Shown here: positions 50,705 to 58,674 of the stretch, in pieces | Numbering within the stretch: the first letter of the stretch is position 1 | Layout of the letters: each line of letters starts with the position of its first letter | Source of the DNA: Verrucomicrobiota bacterium | GTDB taxonomy: Bacteria; Verrucomicrobiota; Verrucomicrobiia; Chthoniobacterales; JACTMZ01 | NCBI GenBank assembly: GCA_027624625.1 | Contig: JAQBWH010000001.1 | Span: 1,535 to 65,534, forward strand | Direction of reading: 5' to 3' | DNA length: 64,000 nucleotides | The notes under the pieces: model-generated | What the model was told of the DNA's origin: nothing | Seen by the model: the letters and a program-made list of their open reading frames with translations, nothing else | The model's database searches: none | Position numbers and translations under genes: made by a program

Positions 50705-51582
50705 GCCTGATCGTAAGCTTTCCGCAGTCTCTCGGTCGTCACGTGCGTGTAGATTTGCGTGGTCGAGAGGCTGGCGTGTCCGAGCATGCTTTGCACGCTG
50801 CGGAGGTCGGCGCCGGCATCGAGAAGATGGGTGGCGAAGCTGTGGCGGAGTTTGTGCGGGCTGGCCGGAACGGGTATCTGCGCGAGCCGGAGGTATTTTT
50901 TGACCAACGACCAGATTGAGGTGGGCCCTAGCCGCTTGCGCAGCTTGCTGAGGAAGAGCGGTCCGGATGGCACCCCGGCCCGCTGCCGGTAATGGTGGAT
51001 GGCTTCGAGAGCCGGTTGGCCCACCGGCACGATGCGTTCCTTGGAACCCTTTCCGAGGACCCGGACCGATTCGTTGTCTGGGTCAATGTCCCCGACCTCA
51101 AGAGCCGCCAATTCGGCGAGGCGCAGCCCGCTGGAATAGAACAACTCGAGGATGGCGGCATCGCGCCAGGGCAGCCAATCGGGTGCCTGTTTTTCAGGCC
51201 GCGCCTCGTGCGGGGCACGTAGCAGGGCATCGATCTGCGCGGGGGTGAGGAAGACGGGAAGACGTTTCCCGGCTTTGGGCAGCGAGACGGCCATGAGCGG
51301 GTTGGCGGTGAGACCTTTTCGTTGGCAAAGAAAGCGGTAAAAGCTGCGCAGTGCGGCGAAATCGAGACGGATGGTGGCGCGCGCACGCTCGCGCTTCATC
51401 AGGGCAAAGAGGTAGGCCCGAAAATCGTCGGCGGTGACCTCAGGCCAGGACTTTTCCCCGAGGAAGGCCGCGGCGGCGGCCAAGGCGCGGTTGTAGTTGC
51501 TCACCGTGCGCGGCGAGGCATTGCGCTCGTCGCGCAGGTAATCGAGATAAGCCGGTGCAAGGGGGTCGTCGGGAGCGGGCAC
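50689..51582 (-). CDS. site-specific tyrosine recombinase, XerC/XerD family
   Basis: 297 aa with a GTG start. N-terminal SAM-like domain (YLRDERNASPRTVSNYNRAL). C-terminal catalytic block HKLRHSFATHLLDAGADLRSVQSMLGHASLSTTQIYTHV. Confidence 0.88.
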   Translation of the reverse strand: MPAPDDPLAPAYLDYLRDERNASPRTVSNYNRALAAAAAFLGEKSWPEVTADDFRAYLFALMKRERARATIRLDFAALRSFYRFLCQRKGLTANPLMAVSLPKAGKRLPVFLTPAQIDALLRAPHEARPEKQAPDWLPWRDAAILELFYSSGLRLAELAALEVGDIDPDNESVRVLGKGSKERIVPVGQPALEAIHHYRQRAGVPSGPLFLSKLRKRLGPTSIWSLVKKYLRLAQIPVPASPHKLRHSFATHLLDAGADLRSVQSMLGHASLSTTQIYTHVTTERLRKAYDQAHPRA

Positions 51583-51638
51583 GGTGGAGATTCTAACCCG
51601 CGCCGATGTCGACGGGAATCACGGTCTACGGCCGGGTT

Positions 51639-52841
51639 TCAGGAATCCTTGCGCCCCATGGGCGCGCCGAGCGGCGGTGGCACGGTGGGCGTGGTGTCCC
51701 CTTCGCCTGGGGTCGACCGCTCGAAGCGGAGCACACCGCGGCGGGTTTCCAACCCGTGGGGCGAAGTAGCCTCGATGGGAATCTCGAATTCTCCGTCGGG
51801 CAGGACAAAATGGCAGCGGAAAGTTCCGTCGGGACGGATGGTGATTTCCTTTCCATCGACGGTGACTCTGGAACCGGGAGCGGTGCCGCCGTAAAAGATA
51901 ACCTCGGCGTTCAAGTGCATGAAGAACCCACGAGTCTTGCCCTTGTGCCAACTGGAAATACCGCCGCTGGTCACTTCCCGGCCGGGAAGCACGGCGGAAG
52001 ACCAACTGCCCGGAGAGGATTCCCGCGATGTGCCGGAGATTCCAAGGGCCGCAAGGAAGTCTCCGGAAGAGCCGCCGGGTGCGGTGGCCCAGTAGCCGGA
52101 CAATTGGCCGGAGGTGAGGGAGCCGATCCGGGTGTCGAGCAACCGGTCGAGAGAGAGGCGCTGCGCGGTGGTCAACCGGTCGACCGGCAGTTCTCCGCAC
52201 GCTTGGAGGCGGGCAAGTGCCGCGACCAGACTTTCGCCAACGCGCATCGTGCCGCGGATTTTTTCGACGAGCTGTTGGAAGGAAGCGTGAAAGGGCATGT
52301 TGGCGAACACGGCCTCGCCGAATCCGGCGGGCGTGTCGCGCGGGGTGAGAACGGTACCGCTGCGGACCAGTCTTTGCCAACGGGTGCCGTGGTAGTAACC
52401 GAGTTCGACATAGTAACCCACGTCGGCTTCCCGCACCGCGAGATACCAGCTGTTGGTTTCTGCCGGCACGGGCACCTCGGCCTCCGCATGGTCCGCGCCT
52501 TCCCGGCCATGACGCAGGAAAAGGGCGCCCTCGATACCCTCGGACAGCATGAAATCCCAATAACAAAAAAGCCAATGTGGTTCCTGCGCGACGACAAAGA
52601 GGCGTTCCTCCTCGTAGCTGCGGGGAAGATGACCAAGGCGGTCAATGTCCGTGCCGGATTTTTTTTTCGGGCGGGTCCGCGCGGCTGGTTTTCGGGCGGT
52701 GGCGACGGTGCTTGCGGGTTGGCGCGTGGCTTTGGTGACCTTCGCAGGCTTCCGGCGCGGGCCGCCCGATCTCTTCCCGGCCGCCGTCTTTTTGGCTTTC
52801 GATTTTGCCTTTTTGGCGGTGGATTTGGCCGTTTTTTTCAT
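51639..52841 (-). CDS. DUF4912-like protein with lysine-rich N-terminal tail
   Basis: Start at ATG 52841 (MKKTAKSTAKKAKSKAKKTAAGKRSG...). The core LFVVAQEPHWLFCYWDF...WYLAVREADVGYYVELGYY matches my recollection of DUF4912. Beta-rich C-terminus. Confidence 0.62.
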   Translation of the reverse strand: MKKTAKSTAKKAKSKAKKTAAGKRSGGPRRKPAKVTKATRQPASTVATARKPAARTRPKKKSGTDIDRLGHLPRSYEEERLFVVAQEPHWLFCYWDFMLSEGIEGALFLRHGREGADHAEAEVPVPAETNSWYLAVREADVGYYVELGYYHGTRWQRLVRSGTVLTPRDTPAGFGEAVFANMPFHASFQQLVEKIRGTMRVGESLVAALARLQACGELPVDRLTTAQRLSLDRLLDTRIGSLTSGQLSGYWATAPGGSSGDFLAALGISGTSRESSPGSWSSAVLPGREVTSGGISSWHKGKTRGFFMHLNAEVIFYGGTAPGSRVTVDGKEITIRPDGTFRCHFVLPDGEFEIPIEATSPHGLETRRGVLRFERSTPGEGDTTPTVPPPLGAPMGRKDS

Positions 52842-52914
52842 GGCGACTCTTGATTTCGGGCGCGGCACAGCGGGTGGCTGGACCTGCTCAAAGTGCCGCA
52901 ACAAAGGACCTTGC

Positions 52915-53586
52915 TCAAGGCCGTTCCTTCCGGAGGAATTCGTCCCGGCCGTATTTGCAGGCCTGCAGGTCGGCTGTTTCCGCCTCAAAGTTTTCCGGGG
53001 GGCACCATTGCCCTGTCTCCGTGGCCAGGCTGGCGGCGAGACGTCGACCGAACCCGGCTTCGAGACCTTGCTGCCGGATCGACCCTTGGTGGAGGAGTCC
53101 GCGCTTGGTGCGGCGCTGGGCACCTCCGGCAATCTTGCGGGTCCGGTCCATCACATCGTAACGGACGGGTCCGGAGAAGCAGGACGTGCCACCTTTCGTT
53201 TCTTGATCAAAAAGTACGGCCTCGCACCCGGCATCCTTGAGGGCCGCAGCGACCGCGAGGTGCAGCACGCGGTAGCTTTCTTCCGGCCGGAGTACCGACC
53301 ATGACTCGGTGCGCGGCGCGATCAGCGAGAAGGTGAAGTCTCCGTCGTGCACCACCAAGCCCCCGCCGGTCCAACGGCGGCAAGCGGGCCACCCGGGACG
53401 GGCGGCCTCAGCCTCCCGCCACGGAACAAAGTAACCGATGCTGACCCACGGTCCGGTCCATCGGAAAACCCGGAGCACCGGGCCCTGCACACGGGTCAAG
53501 AGCACCTCGTCGCAGGCCATTTGGGCGGGTCCATCGCGTCGCACCGGGTCGATCCAGAGGGAAAGCCGGCCGAAGAGATGCGACAT
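52915..53586 (-). CDS. lipoate--protein ligase family protein (BPL_LplA_LipB domain)
   Basis: Start at ATG 53586 (MSHLFGRLSLWID). RRWTGGGLVVHDGDFTFSL and KIAGGAQRRTKRGLLHQGSI are LplA/LipB-type blocks. Confidence 0.7.
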   Translation of the reverse strand: MSHLFGRLSLWIDPVRRDGPAQMACDEVLLTRVQGPVLRVFRWTGPWVSIGYFVPWREAEAARPGWPACRRWTGGGLVVHDGDFTFSLIAPRTESWSVLRPEESYRVLHLAVAAALKDAGCEAVLFDQETKGGTSCFSGPVRYDVMDRTRKIAGGAQRRTKRGLLHQGSIRQQGLEAGFGRRLAASLATETGQWCPPENFEAETADLQACKYGRDEFLRKERP

Positions 53587-53686
53587 GGCTGTTTTATAGA
53601 CCCACAACCGGCTTTTCGGCCAGTGGGGTCTTGCGCCCATGCCGACGCTTCCCATCGGTGCCGTAGCTTCGCTATGATCTTTGGTT

Positions 53687-54577
53687 ATGGCTAAACCTGC
53701 CCTTGGACGCGGACTCGGCGCGCTGATCGCTCCGGCCAAAACGGCCGCGGAAGCGGTTGCCGCGGCGGAGGCGTCCGGCGAACGCGTCCATTCCGTCGCG
53801 CTGACGCAAGTCGTGCCCAGTCCGTTGCAACCGCGCACGTCGTTCTCCGCGGATCATTTGGCCGAGCTTGTTGCCTCCATCCGCGAGAACGGCATCATCC
53901 AGCCGCTCATTGTGCGCCGGGTCAACGGTCTCTTCGAACTTATCGCCGGGGAGCGCCGCTGGCGGGCCGCCGGGCAGGCGGGGCGCAAAGAGGTTCCGGT
54001 CATCGTTCGCGAGGCCACCGATCTCGAGGTGCTCGAGTTCGCGTTGGTCGAAAATCTGCAACGCGAGGACCTCAACCCGATCGAGGAAGCGCAGGCCTAC
54101 AAGCGTCTGGCCGAGGAATTCAAACTGCGCCAGGACGAGATTGCCAAAAAAGTCGGCAAAAGCCGTGCCGCGGTGGCCAACATCATGCGCCTGCTGGAAT
54201 TGGACGGTGAGTTGCAGACGCACCTTGTGCAGGAGCGCCTGACGGTCGGGCACGCCAAGGCCCTGCTCGGGTTGCGCACGATGGAGGACCAGCGCCAAGT
54301 GGCCGGGCAAGTCCTGCGGAAAAATCTTTCGGTGCGCGCCACCGAGGATCTGGTCAACGTCCACTTGACCAAAGGCGGGGTGGTCCGCAAAGGAAGCACC
54401 CGTCAAAAACGCGCGGCCTCGGCCGCCGTTCAGCACCTGGAAAATCGCCTGCAGCAGCATTTCTCGACCCGGGTGGAGGTCCATCACGGCGAGGACAAAG
54501 GGCGCATTCTCATCGAGTATTACGGCAATGACGACTTGCAGCGGCTCCTCGGGCAGTTAGGTTTGGCCCAAGAATAA
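53687..54577 (+). CDS. parB: chromosome partitioning protein ParB/Spo0J
   Basis: MAKPALGRGLGALI N-terminus, ParB box LIAGERRWRAA, and an HTH region. A TTG at 53681 is the ORF-track start. Confidence 0.92.
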   Translation: MAKPALGRGLGALIAPAKTAAEAVAAAEASGERVHSVALTQVVPSPLQPRTSFSADHLAELVASIRENGIIQPLIVRRVNGLFELIAGERRWRAAGQAGRKEVPVIVREATDLEVLEFALVENLQREDLNPIEEAQAYKRLAEEFKLRQDEIAKKVGKSRAAVANIMRLLELDGELQTHLVQERLTVGHAKALLGLRTMEDQRQVAGQVLRKNLSVRATEDLVNVHLTKGGVVRKGSTRQKRAASAAVQHLENRLQQHFSTRVEVHHGEDKGRILIEYYGNDDLQRLLGQLGLAQE

Positions 54578-54581
54578 AACC

Positions 54582-55544
54582 ATGCCTACTGTCTCCGTCT
54601 CTCCGCTCCGCCGCCTGATCAACTGCCTCGACAGCGATTATTTCGAGGGCGACGCAGAAGTGATCCGCAACCAGCCCGAACGCATGGAGTGGCGGCGTCT
54701 GGTGCCCTTCGTCATCCTGCACCTCGGCTGCCTCGGGGTTATCTGGACCGGCTGGAGTTGGATCGCGGTGGCCACCGCGGTGTTTCTTTATTTCGCGCGG
54801 ATGTTCCTCGTCACCGGTTTTTACCACCGGTATTTTAGCCACAAGACGTTCCAGATTTCGCGGGTCGGACAATTCATTGCCGCGTTCCTTGGTCTGACCT
54901 GCACGCAGCGCGGTCCGCTCTGGTGGGCGTGGGTCCATCGGCATCATCACAAGCACTCGGACGAGGAAGAGGATATTCATTCGCCCGGCGTGCAGGGCTT
55001 CCTCTGGTCGCACATCGGCTGGATCACCAGCAGTTGCAATTTTCCGACCGACTACTCGCGGATCAAAGACCTCGCAAAGTATCCCGAGTTGGTTTTTCTC
55101 AACCGCTTTGATCTGATCGGCCCGATTTTCCTCGCCCTCGTCATGCTCGGCTGGGGCTTGTTTTTGCAGGGGTTTTTCCCGTTGCTCGGCACCACGCCGC
55201 TCCAGATGTTGGTCTGGGGATTTTTCATCAGCACGACCTTCCTCTTCCACGGGACGTCCTGCATCAATTCGCTGGCCCACGTGCTCGGCCGCAAGCGTTA
55301 TGACACGCATGACGACAGCCGCAACAGCATGATTCTTGCCTTCATCACGCTGGGCGAGGGTTGGCACAACAACCACCATCGCTATCAGGCGGCCGCACGT
55401 CAGGGCTTCTACTGGTGGGAGTTCGATCCGACTTACTACACGCTCAAGGTGCTCTCGTGGCTTGGGATGATCAAAAATCTGCGCCCGGTGCCCGACTCCG
55501 CCTACCGTGAGGATGGGCAGATCAGCGGGCAGGCCACGGCGTGA
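54582..55544 (+). CDS. acyl-CoA (delta-9-type) fatty acid desaturase
   Basis: The three histidine boxes HRYFSH, HRHHHKHSD and HNNHHRY are present, with four TM segments. Confidence 0.9.
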   Translation: MPTVSVSPLRRLINCLDSDYFEGDAEVIRNQPERMEWRRLVPFVILHLGCLGVIWTGWSWIAVATAVFLYFARMFLVTGFYHRYFSHKTFQISRVGQFIAAFLGLTCTQRGPLWWAWVHRHHHKHSDEEEDIHSPGVQGFLWSHIGWITSSCNFPTDYSRIKDLAKYPELVFLNRFDLIGPIFLALVMLGWGLFLQGFFPLLGTTPLQMLVWGFFISTTFLFHGTSCINSLAHVLGRKRYDTHDDSRNSMILAFITLGEGWHNNHHRYQAAARQGFYWWEFDPTYYTLKVLSWLGMIKNLRPVPDSAYREDGQISGQATA

Positions 55545-55632
55545 ATGCCTTGCTGGCAGCGGTGGTCTACAACCGCCGGACCGCAGGCCAGGGCAACGGC
55601 TCGCATCGACTATCGCGACAAGAGGTAAGGGG

Positions 55633-56907
55633 ATGACCAAGCAACGCTTGGCCGTCATCGGCGGCGGCATCGCCGGGTTGGGTGCGGCGTGGTTGTTGCG
55701 CAAGCGCTACGAGGTGACGGTCTTCGAGCGCGAAGGGCACATCGGGGGTCATTCCAACACCGTCGAGGTGGAAGAAGACGGACGACAAATTCCGATCGAC
55801 ACCGGCTTCATGGTTTTCAACAAGGTGACTTATCCGTATCTGCTGCGGTTATTCGAAGAACTGCGTGTGCCGATCAAGCCGACCGAGATGAGTTTCAGTG
55901 TCCGGCACGACGAACTCGACATCGAATACAACGGGATGGGACTCAACCGTGTCTTCGCCCAGCGGGCCAATCTGGTCCGTCCGCGTTTTCTCAAACTTCT
56001 TGCGCAAATCATGCGTTTTTTCCGCGTGGCCAATGCCTCGCTCAGTGACGAATCACTCGAAAAAATGTCACTCGACGAGTTTGTCCGTCGCCACCGCTTG
56101 GGTGACGACTTCCTGCGGCTTTATCTCGTGCCGATGAGCGCCTCCATCTGGAGCATCACTCCCGGTGGTGCGCTCGATTTTCCGGCCGCCACGCTGGTGC
56201 GTTTTTTTCACAACCACGGATTTCTCGGCGTCACCACGCACCATCCGTGGTTCACGGTGGATGGCGGATCCCGCCAATACGTGAAACGCATGCTGGGTGA
56301 TCTCCCGCGCGCGCATGCTTCGTCGCCGGTGGCTTTGGTCGAGACCGGCGCCGATCAAACCACAGTCCGCACCAAGGACGGTGCTGCCCACGTGTTCGAC
56401 CGCGTCATCCTCGCGGCGCATGCCGATGAATCGCTGGCTCTCCTGGAGAGGCCCACGCCTTTGCAAGAAAAGTTACTTTCCGCTTTCCGTTACCAAGCCA
56501 ATGAAACGCTGTTGCACACCGACGCGACCGTTATGCCGCGGCGCGAATTGGCTTGGGCCGCGTGGAATTACCGGATGGAACCGAGCGGGGAAGGGGAGCG
56601 TCCGTCCACCCACTATTACATGAACCGGCTTCAGGGGGTGTCGGATCGGGAAAATTATTTTGTCAGCCTCAACTACGCCGACCGCATTGACCCGGAGAAA
56701 GTCCTCTGGCGCACGAATTACACCCATCCGATTTTCGACCGCGGGGCCCTGCGGGCACAGCATGGTTTACCCTCGATCAATGCCGAGTCGCCCAACCAGC
56801 GAATCTTTTTCTGCGGAAGCTACTTCCGCTACGGCTTCCACGAGGATGCCTTCGCCTCGGCCGTGCAATGCGCGCAAGCGGTCTGCGGGGAGGATCCTTG
56901 GCGGTGA
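55633..56907 (+). CDS. NAD(P)/FAD-dependent oxidoreductase (amine-oxidase-like, of the type found next to DUF1365/cfa)
   Basis: Start at ATG 55633. Dinucleotide fold LAVIGGGIAGLGAAWLL...VFEREGHIGGHSNT. Confidence 0.8.
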   Translation: MTKQRLAVIGGGIAGLGAAWLLRKRYEVTVFEREGHIGGHSNTVEVEEDGRQIPIDTGFMVFNKVTYPYLLRLFEELRVPIKPTEMSFSVRHDELDIEYNGMGLNRVFAQRANLVRPRFLKLLAQIMRFFRVANASLSDESLEKMSLDEFVRRHRLGDDFLRLYLVPMSASIWSITPGGALDFPAATLVRFFHNHGFLGVTTHHPWFTVDGGSRQYVKRMLGDLPRAHASSPVALVETGADQTTVRTKDGAAHVFDRVILAAHADESLALLERPTPLQEKLLSAFRYQANETLLHTDATVMPRRELAWAAWNYRMEPSGEGERPSTHYYMNRLQGVSDRENYFVSLNYADRIDPEKVLWRTNYTHPIFDRGALRAQHGLPSINAESPNQRIFFCGSYFRYGFHEDAFASAVQCAQAVCGEDPWR

Positions 56908-57740
56908 ACTCGTGTTTCTACCAGTGCGACGTCTTCCACCGGCGGCTGCGGCCCAAGCAGCACGAGTTCCTTTACCAGGTTTTCTATTTCTACCTCGATC
57001 TCGGCGAGTTGGACGAAGCGGCGCGGAAGCTGAAAATTTTCGGGGTCAATCGTCCGAACATTTACAGCCTGCGCGACCGTGACCATCTGCAATACGGCCC
57101 CCGGGAGCGTCCGATCGCGGACAACGTGCGCGAGTTCCTCGAGCGCGCGGGGTGCCCGCTGGATGAGGGCGGCGCGATCCGCATGCTCTGTTTCCCGCGG
57201 ATGCTTGGTTACACCTTCAATCCCATCACCATTTATTTCTGCTTCCGGGCCGACGGCACCCCGCATGCGTCGGTCGTGCAGGTGGGCAACACCTTCCGGG
57301 AGCTGAAGCCCTATCTCGTCCCGCTTGCACAGAACGGCAAGTGCGACTTCGAGGTGCGGGTGCCCAAAGAGTATTACGTCTCGCCGTTCAGCCCGGTCGA
57401 CCTCGACTTTCACTTCCGGTTGCATCTGCCGGACGAAAATCTGCAGGTCTTCATCGATGACCACGATGCGGAAGGAAAGGTGCTGGTCAGCACCCTGACC
57501 GGCAAACGCCGTGAACTCACTTTGGCCAATCTCGCTCGGTTCACCGCCAAGTTTCCTTTCATCACCCTCAAGGTCATCGGCCTCATCCACTGGCAAGCTT
57601 TCCGTCTTTGGCTTAAAGGCGTGCCATTTTTCTGGAAAGAGACACAAGTCGAAGACCAGCGCAGCGTGTTCCGTCCGCACAAATCGGGGCAAAAGAAGGT
57701 GGCGAAAAGCCGCGGTGCGGCCCGAATCAATAAATCATAA
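56904..57740 (+). CDS. DUF1365 family protein
   Basis: A GTG start overlaps the upstream stop (GTGA). The N-terminus (V)NSCFYQCDVFHRRLRPKQHEFLYQVFYFYLDLGELD matches the DUF1365 N-terminal pattern. Confidence 0.75.
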   Translation: MNSCFYQCDVFHRRLRPKQHEFLYQVFYFYLDLGELDEAARKLKIFGVNRPNIYSLRDRDHLQYGPRERPIADNVREFLERAGCPLDEGGAIRMLCFPRMLGYTFNPITIYFCFRADGTPHASVVQVGNTFRELKPYLVPLAQNGKCDFEVRVPKEYYVSPFSPVDLDFHFRLHLPDENLQVFIDDHDAEGKVLVSTLTGKRRELTLANLARFTAKFPFITLKVIGLIHWQAFRLWLKGVPFFWKETQVEDQRSVFRPHKSGQKKVAKSRGAARINKS

Positions 57741-57782
57741 TAGTGCTGACGTCGGAGTGTCCAGGCAACTCTTACGCCGACT

Positions 57783-58517
57783 ATGCGCTCAACAAAGGTG
57801 TTATGTCTATACGAACCCGTGCTAGCCGAGGATGAGCTAATCGTAAACTACAACCGCACTCGGGCGAGCAACGCCCGCGCCCTGGCGATCGATGCGAACA
57901 ACGATTTGTGGGTGGGTGGCTTGGTTGGTTGGCACTCGCAGAATGTGTATGGCCGCATCAGCGGGACGACCGGGCTGGCCGACATGACCACGGCGGGCCC
58001 GAATCCCGGCATTCGCAACATCGGCGGCGGCTACGGAGCGGTGATCGATGGGAACAATGTGCTCTGGTCGGTGGACCGCCCGATACAAGTCGCACGGCAT
58101 GACCTCACCGCCAACACGACCACCAACATTCCAGCCTTAGGATGTTTTGGCATCGGAGTTGGCTCGTGTGATAACAGCATCTGGGTATCGAGCTTCAAAC
58201 CAAGTAACGATACAGGATTCAACCCGAGTCTGAGCAACACGTTTGTCCTGCGCCATTTCAACAACGCTGGCGTCTTGATCGGAGCGTGTGCGCAACCAGA
58301 TGTGGCCCAAGGACTGAGCGTGGACAGCGACGGGGAGGTGTTTGTTTCAAAACACTCTCTCCCCTCCCTGGTGAGCCACGCAATTGTCAACATGTCGAAG
58401 ACGTGCCAATGTGGGATAGATTTGTCAAAATGTATTATCCATAATGGAGAATACTTTCGGCTTTTTAAGCCAAGTTATTGGCAACCTCGGGCCAAGGGTG
58501 CAGGAGAAAATAGTTAA
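57783..58517 (+). CDS. hypothetical protein with about four beta-propeller-like blades; possibly a gene remnant
   Basis: The blade motif recurs four times: ALAIDANNDLWVGG, GAVIDGNNVLWSV, GIGVGSCDNSIWVSS, GLSVDSDGEVFVS. There is no signal peptide. The C-terminal ~50 aa look non-conserved. GC is patchy and lower than the surroundings. Confidence 0.4.
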   Translation: MRSTKVLCLYEPVLAEDELIVNYNRTRASNARALAIDANNDLWVGGLVGWHSQNVYGRISGTTGLADMTTAGPNPGIRNIGGGYGAVIDGNNVLWSVDRPIQVARHDLTANTTTNIPALGCFGIGVGSCDNSIWVSSFKPSNDTGFNPSLSNTFVLRHFNNAGVLIGACAQPDVAQGLSVDSDGEVFVSKHSLPSLVSHAIVNMSKTCQCGIDLSKCIIHNGEYFRLFKPSYWQPRAKGAGENS

Positions 58518-58674
58518 GCTGGTGCGATCTTGGGCCAAAATCAGCCAAAGACAGACACTCTTCGTTCAGCGCCTCAAAAAGAAGATCGGCAAAGTCTCGG
58601 CAGGGAAGACGGACCAGATTGTCGAAGTTTTGAACGAACTTATGGGCGGGCCGGGGGGATTTATTTTTGATTGA
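58444..58674 (+). CDS. small hypothetical helical protein (orphan ORF)
   Basis: 76 aa with plausible amphipathic composition (IVKLVRSWAKISQRQTLFVQRLKKKIGKV). It overlaps the previous ORF by 74 nt and the pepF 3' end by 14 nt. No homology recognised. Confidence 0.25.
   Translation: MENTFGFLSQVIGNLGPRVQEKIVKLVRSWAKISQRQTLFVQRLKKKIGKVSAGKTDQIVEVLNELMGGPGGFIFD

Noticed and set aside
50122-50919. An intact 265-aa protein as listed in the ORF track.
   Set aside because: Its first 46 aa overlap the YkuD gene. Its last ~105 aa are the antisense of xerC. The sensible reading is the 50260-50704 gene broken at the G8 tract (see findings).
50689-51582. The tyrosine recombinase as a marker of an integrated mobile element or phage.
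   Set aside because: The sequence is XerC/XerD-like over its full length. There are no flanking tRNA, direct repeats, phage or transposase genes, and the neighbours are ordinary chromosomal genes.
56276-56289. parS-like half-site (aatacgtgaaacgc).
   Set aside because: Only one half (CGTGAAAC) resembles parS. There is no palindromic partner, and it lies inside the oxidoreductase coding sequence.
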